A stretch of DNA of 64,000 bases from Callorhinchus milii. Its lineage: Eukaryota. Of the stretch, positions 40,736 to 54,132 are shown one piece after another (the first letter of the stretch is position 1; each line of letters starts with the position of its first letter). The position numbers and the translations under genes were made by a program. Below the pieces are notes generated by a model. That model worked only from the letters and a program-made list of their open reading frames with translations, ran no database searches and was not told where the DNA came from. The stretch covers positions 57,228,001 to 57,292,000 of the forward strand of contig NW_024704743.1 of the NCBI RefSeq assembly GCF_018977255.1. The letters run 5' to 3'.

Positions 40736-40889
40736 GAGGTCAGAAATTTCTCAGTCTTAGCCTTAAGACCATAGTCTCATAAGTTAAGGTTGTGAAGAAT
40801 TTTAGAAAATTCTTCAATTCAGTCTTAATTTGGAGTCAATTCCCACTGTTCTTAAAAAAATACTAAAACTATGAGAAATTTCAGGCCTC
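40736..40889. mobile_element. MITE-like inverted-repeat element
   Basis: GAGGTCAGAAATTTCTCAGTCTTAG ... CTAAAACTATGAGAAATTTCAGGCCTC imperfect inverted ends. Confidence 0.65.
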
Positions 40890-41320
40890 AGGTCTGGAGC
40901 TTTGAAAATGTCAGGACATAGAACCTAATAAATAAGATAGAAAGGAAGCATTTTGAGCTTATAATACTATTACATTCTGTCAAATTAGTGAAAATCATCC
41001 TTCCATTTCATAAATTATTCAAAGTGACACATGGAAACATTGATGGTCTGAACTGTATTTTTCAGGGCTACATTATTGATTGATCAATTTATTTCTACTT
41101 AGCAAACCTGACGATTGTTTTCTTCATTAGTAATGTAATAGAGTGGTGTAGCACGAGCTTGTGGGACATGCTGCTATAGCCACATTCTTGTCATTCTCCT
41201 TGTTTTGCATTTCAGAGATGGAGGTCACCCCACTCGACAGAGGGAGGAAGCTGAATGCCCCACAGCCACACATTGGATCACCGACTAGAAAATGAAAACT
41301 GGAGCTTGCAAGGCCTTTAT

Positions 41321-41502
41321 TACAGTAAACTCCTGATAACTTGACCCCGGGTTAACTTGTCACTTCCACTTAAGTCATCATTGCTGTCAATATCTTGACT
41401 GCATTTACTTAAGTATTTATAAGTATGCATAACTCCCACTCTAGATAACTCGTTCACTGAGCCCTTTTCCCTTGGAATGATGAGTTATCAGGAGTTCATT
41501 TA
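41321..41502. mobile_element. Tc1/mariner (pogo/Tigger-like) MITE
   Basis: TA-CAGTAAACTCCTGATAACT ... AGTTATCAGGAGTTCATT-TA; 14-bp perfect inverted core. Confidence 0.75.
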
Positions 41503-42819
41503 TTTTGTTAAATTGATAACCTCTTCAAGAATGCACAAGCTTTTGTCGAAATGCAACATTTTTTGTTACACAAAGCAGACACCAGCAGTTACTCCTCCCC
41601 TGTGTAAATAACTATATTTAGGAAACACCTATTGGGTACCACATAAATCTTGGCCATTTGTGCAAAAGTGTAGCCTGAGGCACAGCAGCAGATTTACAGC
41701 AAATGAAACCATTCAAACTATGATTTCAAATGTAAAAAATGTTAATTGTAGATATTGGGGGTGAAAATATGATGATTTCTTAACAGATTTAATAACATCT
41801 AATCTTTTGAGAAATATTGATTTTTTACACAACAGGTAGGCAACTAAAGTTATGAGTAATGTCATTCTCACAATGTATGGAGCTGTGAAATCATTCACAT
41901 CATTTTTGGAGCCTTTTATAATATGAAGGATTTGTCAATGGTCAGAGTTTTATGTGGTGGTTTATATACATGGCTTCTGTTTTTCGGTATTTATTAATTT
42001 CATTTTTTAGGGGTTCATCTTTAACAATTTTGGAGTTCTACGTGGATGCTCATAAATCTGGAGTTTTCGGGGCTTTCGCTTTTCATAAAGTGTAATGAGA
42101 AGATTTTTGGGGTTCACTTTCTCCAGACAGGTCTGTGCACACAGAGGGGAGAGAAGCACCTTCACACATACACACGCTTCACCAGGCGTGCGTGCATACA
42201 CGGAGGAAGAACGGCGGATAGAGGGAGAGTAACACCACAGTAGCTGGAACACCAGAGCATTGCTGGGAACGAACAAGAGAGAGAGAAAACCTCGCTTTTG
42301 AGTAACTTTGAGTAACCATTTTGAAAGCTACACTTAAATATTCCTGATGAGACCACTTCCTGCAATGTTCTTGCCTGCTCCAGCAGTGGTAACGTGTTGG
42401 AGCTAACAAAGGTATTATTGCAGAAGGTCTCATTAGAATTACTTTGTTGTAGTAATATTAACTTACCTTGTATATTTTTTGTCAACTGGTGCTGAGGGAA
42501 TGCCGAAGAGCTCAGAGACTAACATGAAGTAAGTGCATGGGATTTTACATCACCTCCAAGCCACCAACATTTTGAGCATGAATTGCAATATAGATTACTA
42601 ATTATTATTTTCATGTATATTCAAAGTGATTTATGGCACCCGAGGGACTTTTCATTTGAATTCTGTGACTGAATTCTAACGGTTCTACCCAACTGAACTA
42701 ACATTCCTTCCAGTAGGAGAGTACAAATTGACATGCCAAGCCAAGAAGTGTTCTTGCCTGGGGAGGAGAAAAGGTTTTGTTTTGGGTTGCCGGGTGTCTG
42801 ATACATGAATGACCAAATT

Positions 42820-43115
42820 TACTTTGGGAGATTGTTTGCCAGGACGCCGGGAGAAACTCCCTTCTGTTTCCGAATAGTGCCGTGGGATATTTAATGTCCA
42901 CCTGAACAGATAGATGAGACCTCAGTTTTAACAACAACTTGTATTCATATAGCACCCCTCACACAGGGTAACATCTCAGAATGCTTGACAGTGGTGGAGC
43001 TTGACACCAAGCCAGGAGTGTTTAACATCTCATCCGAAGGACGGCACCTCCAAAAATGCATTGGAGTGTCATCTTAGACTATGTGAGTCCTAACGTGGGG
43101 CTTGAACCCACAGCC
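42820..43115 (-). mobile_element. Deu-domain SINE with an L2 family-b tail inserted (about 42930-43015)
   Basis: Deu core split at CTCAGTTTTAAC / TTTAACATCTCATCC. Confidence 0.75.
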
Positions 43116-44269
43116 TTGACATGCAAGCTCCAAATAACCTGTACCTAACTCTGGTTATATTTTTAAGTTATTAGAAAGTGCAACTGAGTCTTTGTTAACA
43201 TTAAAATCTTGAGTGGTCCAATGAACCTTAAACTTAATTTGTATTGTGGTTTTCAGAGCATGGCTCAAAATCAATTCTCACTGAATGAGTATAAAAAGTA
43301 AAGTACAAATGTGCATTAGAGAGGACAGAGCAATATTCTACACTTCAATACACTGCTTTCATAACACGCTGATAGCAATGTAATGGCTGCATGACACACT
43401 TCAGTGAAAATCCCTCTGTCACATAAAACATTGTTCTAATTCACAACAAGAGAGCATTCAGACAGATTAAGTACATTTTCTAAACCAACCTCTCAGATTT
43501 GATGAAAGTTGCCTGGTCATATATCAGAGATGAAATAAAAATAATTGGTTTCTATTCTCTGGAGAAAGTAATGAGAAATTGGATGCTCACTTTACAGTTT
43601 GCTGTCCTGTTGAAGTTCTCAAACCATTTGCCTCAAGGAATAGCAAACACAAAAAGGAAAGTGTCTGTCTAGGAACCAAGAGTAATAATTACAACAAGGG
43701 CATTTTAATAGCCTGGTGTAAAATTGACTCCTGTTGGTTTCGCCACCAATTTTTCTCTTTCAATTATCTTGAGAGAGGTATTAGGCACAAAGCCTTAAGT
43801 CCTCTCAGTAAAAGAAAACATTTTGGTCATGGGAGAGCATGATTTTTTGCCCGTTGCCAGCAGATCAATGTTGGAAAATAAACAAGAAAAGTGGCTTAAA
43901 ATCCATTCTAGGGCTTAGAATTTACAAACCAAATATCACCCATTTCACAAAACAAGACACAGTTGTACTTAAAATCTGAATTTAGTTAGTTTGCATTAGT
44001 TTTCACCAGCATTACTTTTGAAACTGAGATCCTACCCCTGTTGTATTTTTCACCTCAAAGCTTTATGTACAGAAAAAACATTGTGATTTATCAAAAGCAC
44101 AGAATTCAAGCATAAACATGATTTATTTGGCTTTCTGAAACTATTAATTTATTAACAAATCTTCAATTATTGAAGGTAAAGCAATAAAGGATTTATTTAT
44201 TCGTCATTAAAATCTTTGGCAAGGAACCCAATCCATGCGAATGCATACTACAGCACAGCTCGAGCAACA

Positions 44270-44540
44270 CACTGGTAATGAGGATAACGTCTGCCTGCTC
44301 AAGTGGAGATTTAAAATCCCACGGCACTATTAGAAAAGAGAATAGATTTCCTCCCAATGTCCTGGACATTAATCCTGCAGATAAATCGATCATTCACTTT
44401 GTAGCTGTTTGCAAGACCTTGCAATGTTCAAAAATGGCACGTATCTAAAATTAAACTCACTGCTTGTGACTGCAATTACTGGTGAAGTGTTTTGAAACAT
44501 TGCAACGTTATAGTAGCTAAATCAAATGCAAGAATTATTT
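44270..44540 (+). mobile_element. Deu-domain SINE fragment
   Basis: Core and tail. Confidence 0.7.
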
Positions 44541-44905
44541 CAAAAGTAAATGGGACAACTGGATCCTCTCTCTGTCTCTAACATCTCTAAGTTATTTCAG
44601 TAGCCACAAAAGTACCCTTTTTCTTAAATACTATTGCAACACGTGGTTAACTATATACTTGAGAACAAAAACAAGCCTGGAATGTTCCACTCCTTGGGTA
44701 CATTACAGCTTCAAGAAAGTAATAATAAATTACAGTAACATATCAACTCTATTATTACAGGCTGCCAAAAAACAATCTTGAGCATTCTACATTCATTACT
44801 ACCAAACTGCTTTGCAAAAGTTACTGGAAACTGGTCAAATTTCAGGAGGCCCACTCGAGGACAATGGGTATCTTTGTGAACATGTATTTATCAACCACTG
44901 CTGTT

Positions 44906-44926
44906 GGGGGGGGGGGGGGGGGGGGG
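44906..44926. repeat. poly-G tract (21 nt)
   Basis: Read directly. Confidence 0.95.
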
Positions 44927-45212
44927 ACACTAAAATATAAAAGATGCAGCTGAAAACTAGGCACCAGAATAGTTGTGACCCTCATGCATTTCAAAGGTCA
45001 TTTTGATGAAACGAAGGACAAGCCTTTGTGTTTGTCTCCATGTCAGTGAAGTTTAATAAAATTGTGTGTTCAGTGGTTAAAGTAAAAGGGTCAAATCTGC
45101 TGTAGCTGATAAATTCACAGAGAACTACATACTATATTACAGCTGTGCTAAACAATCAATCGACACATTTGATCCTGCCCGACCAAATGTGTCCTGTTAT
45201 ATATAACAACTC

Positions 45213-45510
45213 ATAGAATCATAGATGTGCAGCACAGAAGGAGGCCATTCAGCCCATCGTGCCTGTGCTTGCTTTCTGATAAAGCCACATATTTAGTCCC
45301 ACTCTTATAGCTTTTCTCCATTTCCTTTAGTTATATTGCTCCGTTTCCAAATATTTTCCTAATTTCCTTTTGAAAGCTCTTATGGATTCTGCTTCAAACA
45401 CCACTTTTAGTAGAGTGTTCCTTCATGTCCTAATCCCCTATGTGGAAATAAACTTTCTCCTAATATCATTTTGTTTCTTTTTCAGTAATAATAGCTTATG
45501 CCCTCCGAGG
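45213..45510 (-). mobile_element. CR1 LINE 3' fragment
   Basis: ATAGAATCATAGA..GAAGGAGGCCATTCAGCCCATCG tail. Confidence 0.75.
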
Positions 45511-46249
45511 TATGTATTGCTTAATGGATCATATTGTGAATTAACTATTGAATGTGAATGACTTGAGACCACAAGAGGAATGTAAAATGCTTTCTTTCTC
45601 CAATCTCCCCCCCACCTCCCTGAGGTCACTCTGAGGCTATAAAAAGGTCAGATGAAAATGACCAGTTGCCAATCACGCCACCTTGTTCAGACTGATCAGA
45701 TGGCAGTTGCTTTGCTGGATGCAAAGATTCTCAAACAAAGCATGAAATCAGCAGCCAGACCACTGAGAGGATATTAGAACACCTGCAAAGAAGCATAAAG
45801 GATGTGACACTGACTGATATAAAAAGTTATCTGCCAGTCGTCAGGGAAATCAGTATTGCGTGAATCATCACTGCTGGCTCCTGCTGTCGGGGATTATTCA
45901 GCAGATAACCAAAGAACTTCTGAACATTAACCTCATTAACAATTGTTTCATATTTTCAATAAGACCACTAGAGTTTCATTATTAGGTTCCGATATTAAGT
46001 TTTATTATAATAAAAGTAACAATGAAATCCTCAGATCTTTAGTGGTTGTGTCACACTCCCTCAAGCTCTCCCCTAAACTCTCTTGCACACCTTACCTTCA
46101 AACCCCTCTTAAACTAAAATCTGTTTGACGCTTTATTTACTCAATTCCATCAATTCCTCTTCCATCCTGTACTCAGTGATCCCCATCATCTTTGTGAAGA
46201 GTTTTGTTGTCATTCTTCTTATGTAAAAGGCTCTTTAAAATAAAATCTG

Positions 46250-46395
46250 AACAAAACACAAAATACTGCACATGATGGAATCTGAAACAAAATCAGATGA
46301 AGGGTCGTGGATCCGAAACGTTGACTCACTTTCCTTTCTCCATAAATGCTGCCTGACCTGCTGAGTTTTCCCAGCTCTCTCTGTTTTTGTTTAAA
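46250..46395 (+). mobile_element. Penelope-type terminal repeat fragment with a decayed hammerhead-like motif
   Basis: CAGATGAAGGGTCGTGGATCCGAAACGTTGAC..ATGCTGCCTGACCTGCTGAGT. Confidence 0.65.
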
Positions 46396-46550
46396 ATAAA
46401 AGCTGTTGTACATGTTTTCTATGTCCCAACATTGCAAAATGTAACTGCCTCTTTTTTTTAACCATTGTTATTCAGTAAATACTATTCAAAAAACAAGACT
46501 TTTCATACCTACAGGAGGAATTGCTGTTGTATGTAATCATGACTCAAAGT

Positions 46551-46872
46551 GGAGTCCTCCAGCTCAGTGATTAGAGCACTCGCTTTGCAAGCGAGAGACC
46601 TGAGTTCACTTCCAGGCAGGGCGAAACCTTGGGCAAGTTTCCTTACTCCACACACCTAATAATAATCCCTCCAAAACCCCCAAAAAAAATAATAAATTGG
46701 TCATATTCAATCTACGACTGTTTGTGGGACGTTGCTGTGCGCAATTGGCTGCCGCGTTCGCCCACAAATATACAGTCAATTCACTTTACAGTGTGTTCTG
46801 TGAAGCGCTTTGGGACATCCTCCCGACGTGAAAAGCGCTATATCAAATGCAAGGATTATTATTATTATTATT
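46551..46872 (+). mobile_element. tRNA-SINE short subfamily
   Basis: Near-identical to 30565-30888. Confidence 0.95.
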
Positions 46873-49429
46873 AATATGTAATAATATGTGGAAATAATTT
46901 TAAGCTTACTTTTACAATCTTCATGTTACCTCATTCAAAGTAGCTGATAGATCAGTTGGGATGTACTAGTTGATATGATTTGTACGCAGTGCAGTTTCAC
47001 TCTCATCCTTGTCTGGCTCCATTGGCTACCCACCCCTTAAAGGATCAAATTTAAAATCCTTGTCCTCACAACCTCTGCGACCTATTAACACCATATTAGC
47101 CTCTCCACTCGGCAGGCACTGGCCTAGTCCATGACCCCTGCTCTGCCTGCCTCACCATTGGCAGTTGAGCCTTCAGCTTTTCTGCCACCAAATTGTTAAA
47201 CAACCAGTTAAAAAATATTGTCAGGATAGCAGCACTGTAAACACCACACAATGTGCCTCAGGACACGTACAGAAAGACCATTGCCATGCTTAAAAGAATC
47301 CAAACCAGACTGAGAGTTCCACATACGTATGAAAATTCCCTTTGGGATTTAAACTGCATTTCCCATAGGAGAGATGGCTCACACTGGTTTGTGAGGTCTC
47401 AGCTTCAAGGAGATATCAAGTTAGGGCTGAGACCTCCCTGATTGAGATTTCTGTGGGAAATGTACTTTAAGTCCTAAGGTGCTTTTTTCCTGCATTAAGG
47501 CACCATTTACACTTCTCGTTTACTGACAGGTGCTTTCAGTTCTCACTATTACATTAATCAAAATTTCATCAACTTTCATCTGCTTTGGTACCAGAGGGCC
47601 ACGACAGTGCCTGAAAGTGGGAAGTGTGGGGGGTCTTTGCCAAGATTACTGATTTCTGCTTAGTGACCCATCCCAACCCTCTTCCATGCCGGAAAGTGAG
47701 CACATGTGAATGAGAGCTATGAACAGGATGAAGCTTGTCTTTAATGTTCTTTCCCCATGATCAAAAAGCTCTCCGATATTCTCTGTCCTAGCTCACACAC
47801 GGAGAATGATCAAAAGGAAATAACAATAACAACTTTATATAGCGCTCTCAGAGTTCTGATGGGAAAAATATCAGAAGGCTATCAGTGTCTGTGGAACCAT
47901 ACCACAGCAATGTCCTGCACCTTCGAAAAATAGACAAGAATGGCATAAAATATTGGGAAAAAGGCAAGTAAATGAAATCAAATGTCATATCAGTTTATAA
48001 TAAATATAATCTTTAATAACGCCTTTCACACCAGGAGGATGTCTCAAAGTGCTTCACACAATATAAAGGGCAGTGCCCATGTATTTTGTGGCAGCTTTAT
48101 ATAGTACTCCCGATTTTCCATTTTATTCCAATATTATACTTAAATTCTTCTAACTGGTTTACTCAATAAAACCACAGACACATGAGCACAAGTTAAGAAT
48201 CCCTCATAATTTTAATTTCACACATTGCTCGTAGGATGTTGCTGGTGCAGATTGGTTGCTGCATTTGCCAACATAACAACAATCTATATTAGTTGTATTA
48301 TTTATCTCCAAATAATCATTCCATTCTTGGATTGTGGTATCCATTTTAGGTGTCATCTTCTTTGTAATTCAGGTGGACGTAAAGCGATCACCGTGCCTTT
48401 GCTATTTCAAAGATATGTGGAGTCTTTCTCCCATTTATGCTGCTTTATATTCCCCTCCAATCCCAAATCAAATTAACTGGCTGCTCATCTTTTTGTTGTT
48501 TATGGACATTTAGTTGTGTTTCCTATATACCAACCTTCACTTAATTTCTGATCAATTATATTTTACAAAGTGATTCCAAACATGTATTTTTACATGAAAG
48601 GTTCTTTATAAATGCAAATTATTATTATAATTTGGTATGTAACAAAGCCATTGTAACGTTATGAAAGACATACTCCTCAGAGCTTATCTTAGCACTGTGC
48701 ATTAGTTTCCACATGTCACAATAGAAAAGGCTTTGTCTATTTAGTTCATTGTGCAATTTTGAACATCCAAAATGTAAAAAGCAGACACTACATTTTTTGA
48801 ACACACTGTGTATTACAAGGAGCTTTAAATATTTTTTGAGCACAGTTCAGTTTTCAGCAAAGTTACACAGCTAGATATGGAAACAAACAGATGCAGCGTT
48901 ATTAAACAGAGGTAAGCTGTCCTGATATTAAAAAAAACTGCAATCCTAGCTCTAATGTTTGCACCAATTCTCTTGCACCTGAAGTCTCCGTCTTTAGAAA
49001 ATAAATCTAGGGGAAAAAATGTATCATCATTCACATTTCATTGTGCAGGTGTTTATTAATAACTTTGCGTCTAAGTAACATGTTCATGTCTTGGTTACCA
49101 TACTGACCATCAAATCTTCGTTATCAGGCTGTTGAACAAAGTTATTAGTCTAAGCACTGTAAGTGGATGGTGCCAATCCTACCGGAAAAGCATGTCTCAC
49201 CAAGCAGTGTCCAGATGAATCACAGGTTAGTTAGTTATGCACAGGTCCATAAATTCCTTATTATATCACTTTGAATGGATGGTTGAGATAGAGGCACGTA
49301 AAGAACAGTTGTTAAATTATAATAATCATTGTATTTAATATATTAATATGGCTCAAAGCACTTCACAGGATATACTATAAAGCGTAGTGACTGTGTATTT
49401 ATAGGAGAATGTCAGAGTGAACATATTTA

Positions 49430-49810
49430 ACTCCTACCTCCTACCTCTCTGACCTGCTATCCCCTTATCAACCTGTCCACTTCCTCTTCTCAGCAGGCTC
49501 CAGCCTGCTCCATGTCCCCCGCCCAGCCCAGCCTGCTCCACCATGGGCAGTCTGGCCTTCAGCCTCTCTGACTCACCCTCTGGAACTCCATCCCACAATC
49601 CCTTCGACTCGCTCCCTCCTTGCTTCCTTTAAGGCATGTTTCAAGATTCTCCTCTTCGACTGTGCCTCCTAATCTCTCTGCCCTCCAGCCTCCCTGATGC
49701 CAACCTCACCCCACCCCACCCCCGCTCAGGTCCTAATGTCTGACTGTTCAGCATCTTGGATCGTCCTCCCAATGTGAAAGGCGCTTTACAATTGTAATTT
49801 TGTATTGTGT
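49430..49810 (+). mobile_element. L2 LINE 3' fragment
   Basis: CTACCTCTCTGACCTGCT..TGGAACTCCATCCC and tail. Confidence 0.85.
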
Positions 49811-50104
49811 TTAAAACTGCATGATTAAGTTGAAACCTAGGTAAAATTGTACCGCATCTAACGCTGTTAGTTTCCAGTGTAATTCCCATTCCTTCACTTC
49901 GCCAAAAAGAGTGAGACAAAACTAACCGATCCAATGCTGCAAATGGGCCTGGGTTTCAAAGATATTACTATTGAGATTCCTACTTTACTTCTTACTAATC
50001 AGTAAGAAGTAAAGTAAGACTTTGAAACAAGATGTATGATTCTTCATCACTTTACAAGATGTTGTAAAATGTTTTATATGATCAGACCAATGCCTCAATC
50101 ATTT

Positions 50105-50411
50105 GGAGTCCTGTAGCTCAGTGGTTAGAGGACTTGCTTTGCAAGTGAGAGACCTGGTTCGATTCCCAGCAGGGTGATACCTTGGGGAAGTTTCCTTACT
50201 CCACACGCCTGATAATAATCCCTCAAAAGAAAAATAATAAATTTGTCATTTCAATCCACGACTGTTTGTGGGACACTGCTGTGCGCAATTGGCTGCCGCC
50301 TTTTGCCCACAAATATACAGTCAATTCACTTTACAGTCTATCTGTGAAGCGCTTTGAGACATCTAGAAGATGTGAAAAGCGCTATATCAAATGCAAGGAT
50401 TATTATTATTG
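50105..50411 (+). mobile_element. tRNA-SINE short subfamily
   Basis: Full structure. Confidence 0.95.
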
Positions 50412-52934
50412 TTAATATTATTACTGCCAAATACAGAGCTATCACATACCAAAATAGTTCACACTTGTCATCTGGCATATCCAAAACTATTTGTCCTGTT
50501 TCAAAAAATCAAAACTGCACTACCATATTATGGTTCATGACTTCTACAGAAATGCCCTTTAAAATAAATTAAGCCGATTTTTAGAAAGTTTTTAGAAGTT
50601 TTAGAAACCAATAAAATAAAAGTAATTTCTACCATTTCCTGTGTCCTGATGCTTTATTGAACACTTTCCAGTTCTCAGTCCCAAGACACTCTGTCTTAAA
50701 AATTCATTTGTGTTTTACTATTCCACAGACCTACACCAAATGAAACGTTTCAGACATAAGTGATAAGTTGCCCATCACAGGCCAGCCGATAAATTGACTT
50801 CATGCTCAAGTGTATCTTCCATGCATTCATTACTTGCAATGCTGAATGCAGTTATGTCAGCTCCTGGGAAACTCAGGTACATTTCATTTCATATGAATTT
50901 GTGTAGAAATGAAACTGTGTCTGCAATGGCATAACCTACGCTTAGCATTCTTCAGAGCAATACAATCATAAATATCTATTGTTCATTTAATAGAGTCAGA
51001 ATATTTAATAATTCTCTAGAATTAGAGAAATACTTCAAATGTCTGTGCAAGTAAAAGCACCACTATTCGTGTAATAGATCAACAAGGTCATAGGCTGGAA
51101 TATTGGTCGGTGCTGACTTAACCAATTTCAGTAGGGTGGTACTAAGGAGACTATAATTGTCTTTATATCCCTGGGCAAGGAAGAGGAATGCAATCAGTCA
51201 GGTTGTCTGTTCCTGAGTGTTATCCAGCTATTTCTGCTGGAAGTGCACTATGTGAACACTGCCTGAAGAAAAGATCAGGCTTGACTGTGATACACCCCAT
51301 GTCCTGGAGACACTCACTGTTTATGGATAAAGAATGGTAATATTGCTATATACAAGCTTCAATTACTCAAATGCAGGTATGGACTTTAGTCAAACTATGC
51401 AAGTGTTCTCAGTAGCCCATAGTTGAACATACTGCACCTGTATTGAAGTGCCCACTGCCAAGATTCTATTGAAGTGCCCACACCCCAATCCTCAATCTCA
51501 ATTCTGGTTCTACACAACCTAACAATGATATTAATAAGTAAAATAAAATTCATATCACTAGGTTATTTCATTTCATGCAATAAATACATAAAAAGGGTCA
51601 TTGTATGATTGGAGCAGAATAAGTTGTCTCTCAAGTCATGGTTCAGACTGAATTCTAGCAGTTTATTAAGTTTTATTGACTCTCAAACACTTAGGACAAA
51701 TTGGCAAACATCAACAGGAATACAACAACAACAATAACAAATTAAATTTGTAAAATGCCTTTCATGTCGGGAGGATGTCCCAAGGCACTGAACAGTCAGG
51801 GATTTGGACCCGAGCAGGGGGTTGGGATCAGGGGTGGACTTTAGTCAGCAAATCTTCTAGGTTGCACTTCTTTCATATGATAGCAGGCCTTCCAGATGAC
51901 AGATAGCTTTCCCTGCTTTTCTCAATGTCCCAGTTAACTGATGATGTTTCCATGGTGTTTGGACACCTCTGATATCACCAGAGTTAATCCATCATTTGTG
52001 CTGAACAGTTCATTACTTGATCTTCCGCTTAAGATTTATATCTTTGAATGTGAAGCATGAAGAAATGTCATTTATGAAATTTGACATTTTATGTCAGTCC
52101 AAATTAGTTAATAAATTAGATGCAATAATTTACTTTTTTCAGAAAATTAAACAATTATGTATTTCTTGATTAATAACACTAGGGGGCAAGAAGTGAAAAC
52201 ATGGGGGAAAAAGCTATTAAAGATGGATAAAATAAATATTAAAACCTTAACTTGTCGGTGACATAATTGAGACATTACCATTCATGCAATAACATTTTTA
52301 AACTATATATTGACTTAAAGCCAGTCTGTAGCAAGTTCTTATGGACACTGAGCTGATGTTGTAATAGATCATTCTCTCTGGCTAAGTTAATTTTTGGCAT
52401 ACACTTTATCTTACCTTACCTTAATTTTAATTTTAATTTGACTTTACCTGTGAAGTCCTTCAGACCAGAAAGACACTACATCAAATGCAAGCATTATTTT
52501 CTATTATTATTTAATTGTATCAGAAAGGCTCTGTCTTTCAATTTTACTGGTTATTAGAATTTGATGCATGGCCTTCCCAGCCCACTTTTATACAACAAAC
52601 ATTTTATTAGCAATATTGATAACATTTAAAATTCTACTTTTTTTCCATAGTTATCTATTACCTATAAAAATATCACCATTGCAGATTAGATAGTTTGGCC
52701 ATTATAAGTGTTAAATATAGAGACACACGTGTTTAATGAAATGTTGTAGTATAACTTTAACAATAGCACAAACACAGCTCAAGTGCAGGTATTTCATTCA
52801 CTTCAACTACATTTTAATTTTCCTTTAAAATGTAGCATATAAATAATAATAAAAGTCAGGGACATATGAAGCAGGAGTTTCTTTGTGTCATTTCTAATTT
52901 AGTAATATAACCCATGTTTGATCTTTAATCCAGA

Positions 52935-53235
52935 CTACTCTAATGGTCTAGTGGTTAAGGCACACACACCAGGTTGTGGATCTGAATACTGCTCTGTGCT
53001 CAGTTAACTGATCTCAGCCGGGGCAGCAGGAGGGGTGCTACAATTGGCGAGGAAGCGGAAAAATCAGTCAGAGTTCCTGTTCCTGATTCCTATTCAGTGA
53101 CCCTGCTGGAAAGTGTGCCTGTATGGATGATGGATGAGGATAGGATCGGCCCCAACTGTGATGCTCCCACAGACAGATAAGCCTGACTCGCTGGGCCTAC
53201 AAGTGAAGAACAGACACTTCTGTGTGGGAGGGCAA
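52935..53235 (+). mobile_element. Older third SINE family (tRNA-like head); related decayed copies near 47640-47810, 51085-51340, 56235-56550
   Basis: TGGTCTAGTGGTTAAGGC head; shared core TTCCTGAT..CAGTGACCCTGCTGGAAAGTG..AGGATCGG..CTGTGA. Confidence 0.65.
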
Positions 53236-53924
53236 ATTGTTCCTTGTGGAAACATTCAGGAGTCAAAACACTTCAGAACAGGAGGTTGAGATGAAAGGTG
53301 CCATTTTAAAAAAAATTGGAATCATGTCAACTATAGCAAAAGCTAAACTTTCATCTCATGTGGAAAACATCTTCACAGAATACACAGTCGTTTTTTCTCA
53401 TTTTAAATGAATTCTGAATCACTAATCTGCAGAATCATGGCATTTGCTCACTGCTGTTATTTGCAAACAGTGATCACCAGCAGAATTTACAGGTGTAACT
53501 TTACAGTTTAATGGCTTGCTCTGCACGATCATCCATCATTGTTGATTACTCAGCTGATCATTCAGTTTAAATGACCGAGGCAGAGAACAATAATCAGGTT
53601 GCAATGCTCCATGTGGAGGGTAATACATTCAGAATGTGAACTCTGATCCACAAGTGATGGCGCTAGCTTTAGAGATGGCATGTTATGAAGGAATATCACA
53701 AGATAGTAAAGATGACACATTTAGTGCTCCCCTAAGTATAGTTTATCTTCAAGCAATTTGGTTTGCTAAATAGCTTTTCTAGTGATTGACAAGAACCAAG
53801 ATGAAAATGATTACCCCAGGCACAATAGAGCTTGTCACAAGCAAGTTATCAGCTCACTTTCTGTCCAACTTCAAATTAAAATAAAATTCTACGTCCAAAG
53901 GTTATTTGGGGAAAATATTTCCAA

Positions 53925-54132
53925 GAGAGGGAGTTTTACCTGATGTCCTGGGCAACAATCCCTCAGATAAAATTCATTCACTTCATGGCTGTTTGTGAAA
54001 CATTGCTTTGTGAAAATTGGCTGCCACATTCACCTATAAAATACAGTCGGTACACTTTGCAGTGAATCGTGCGAATCCTTTGAGACGCCCTCCTGATGTG
54101 AAAGGTGCTACATCAAATGCAAGGATTATTAT
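53925..54132 (+). mobile_element. Deu-domain SINE 3' half
   Basis: Core end and tail. Confidence 0.75.

Noticed and set aside
45162..45193. 10-bp hairpin GACACATTTG/CAAATGTGTC
   Set aside because: Too short to support a miRNA or other function
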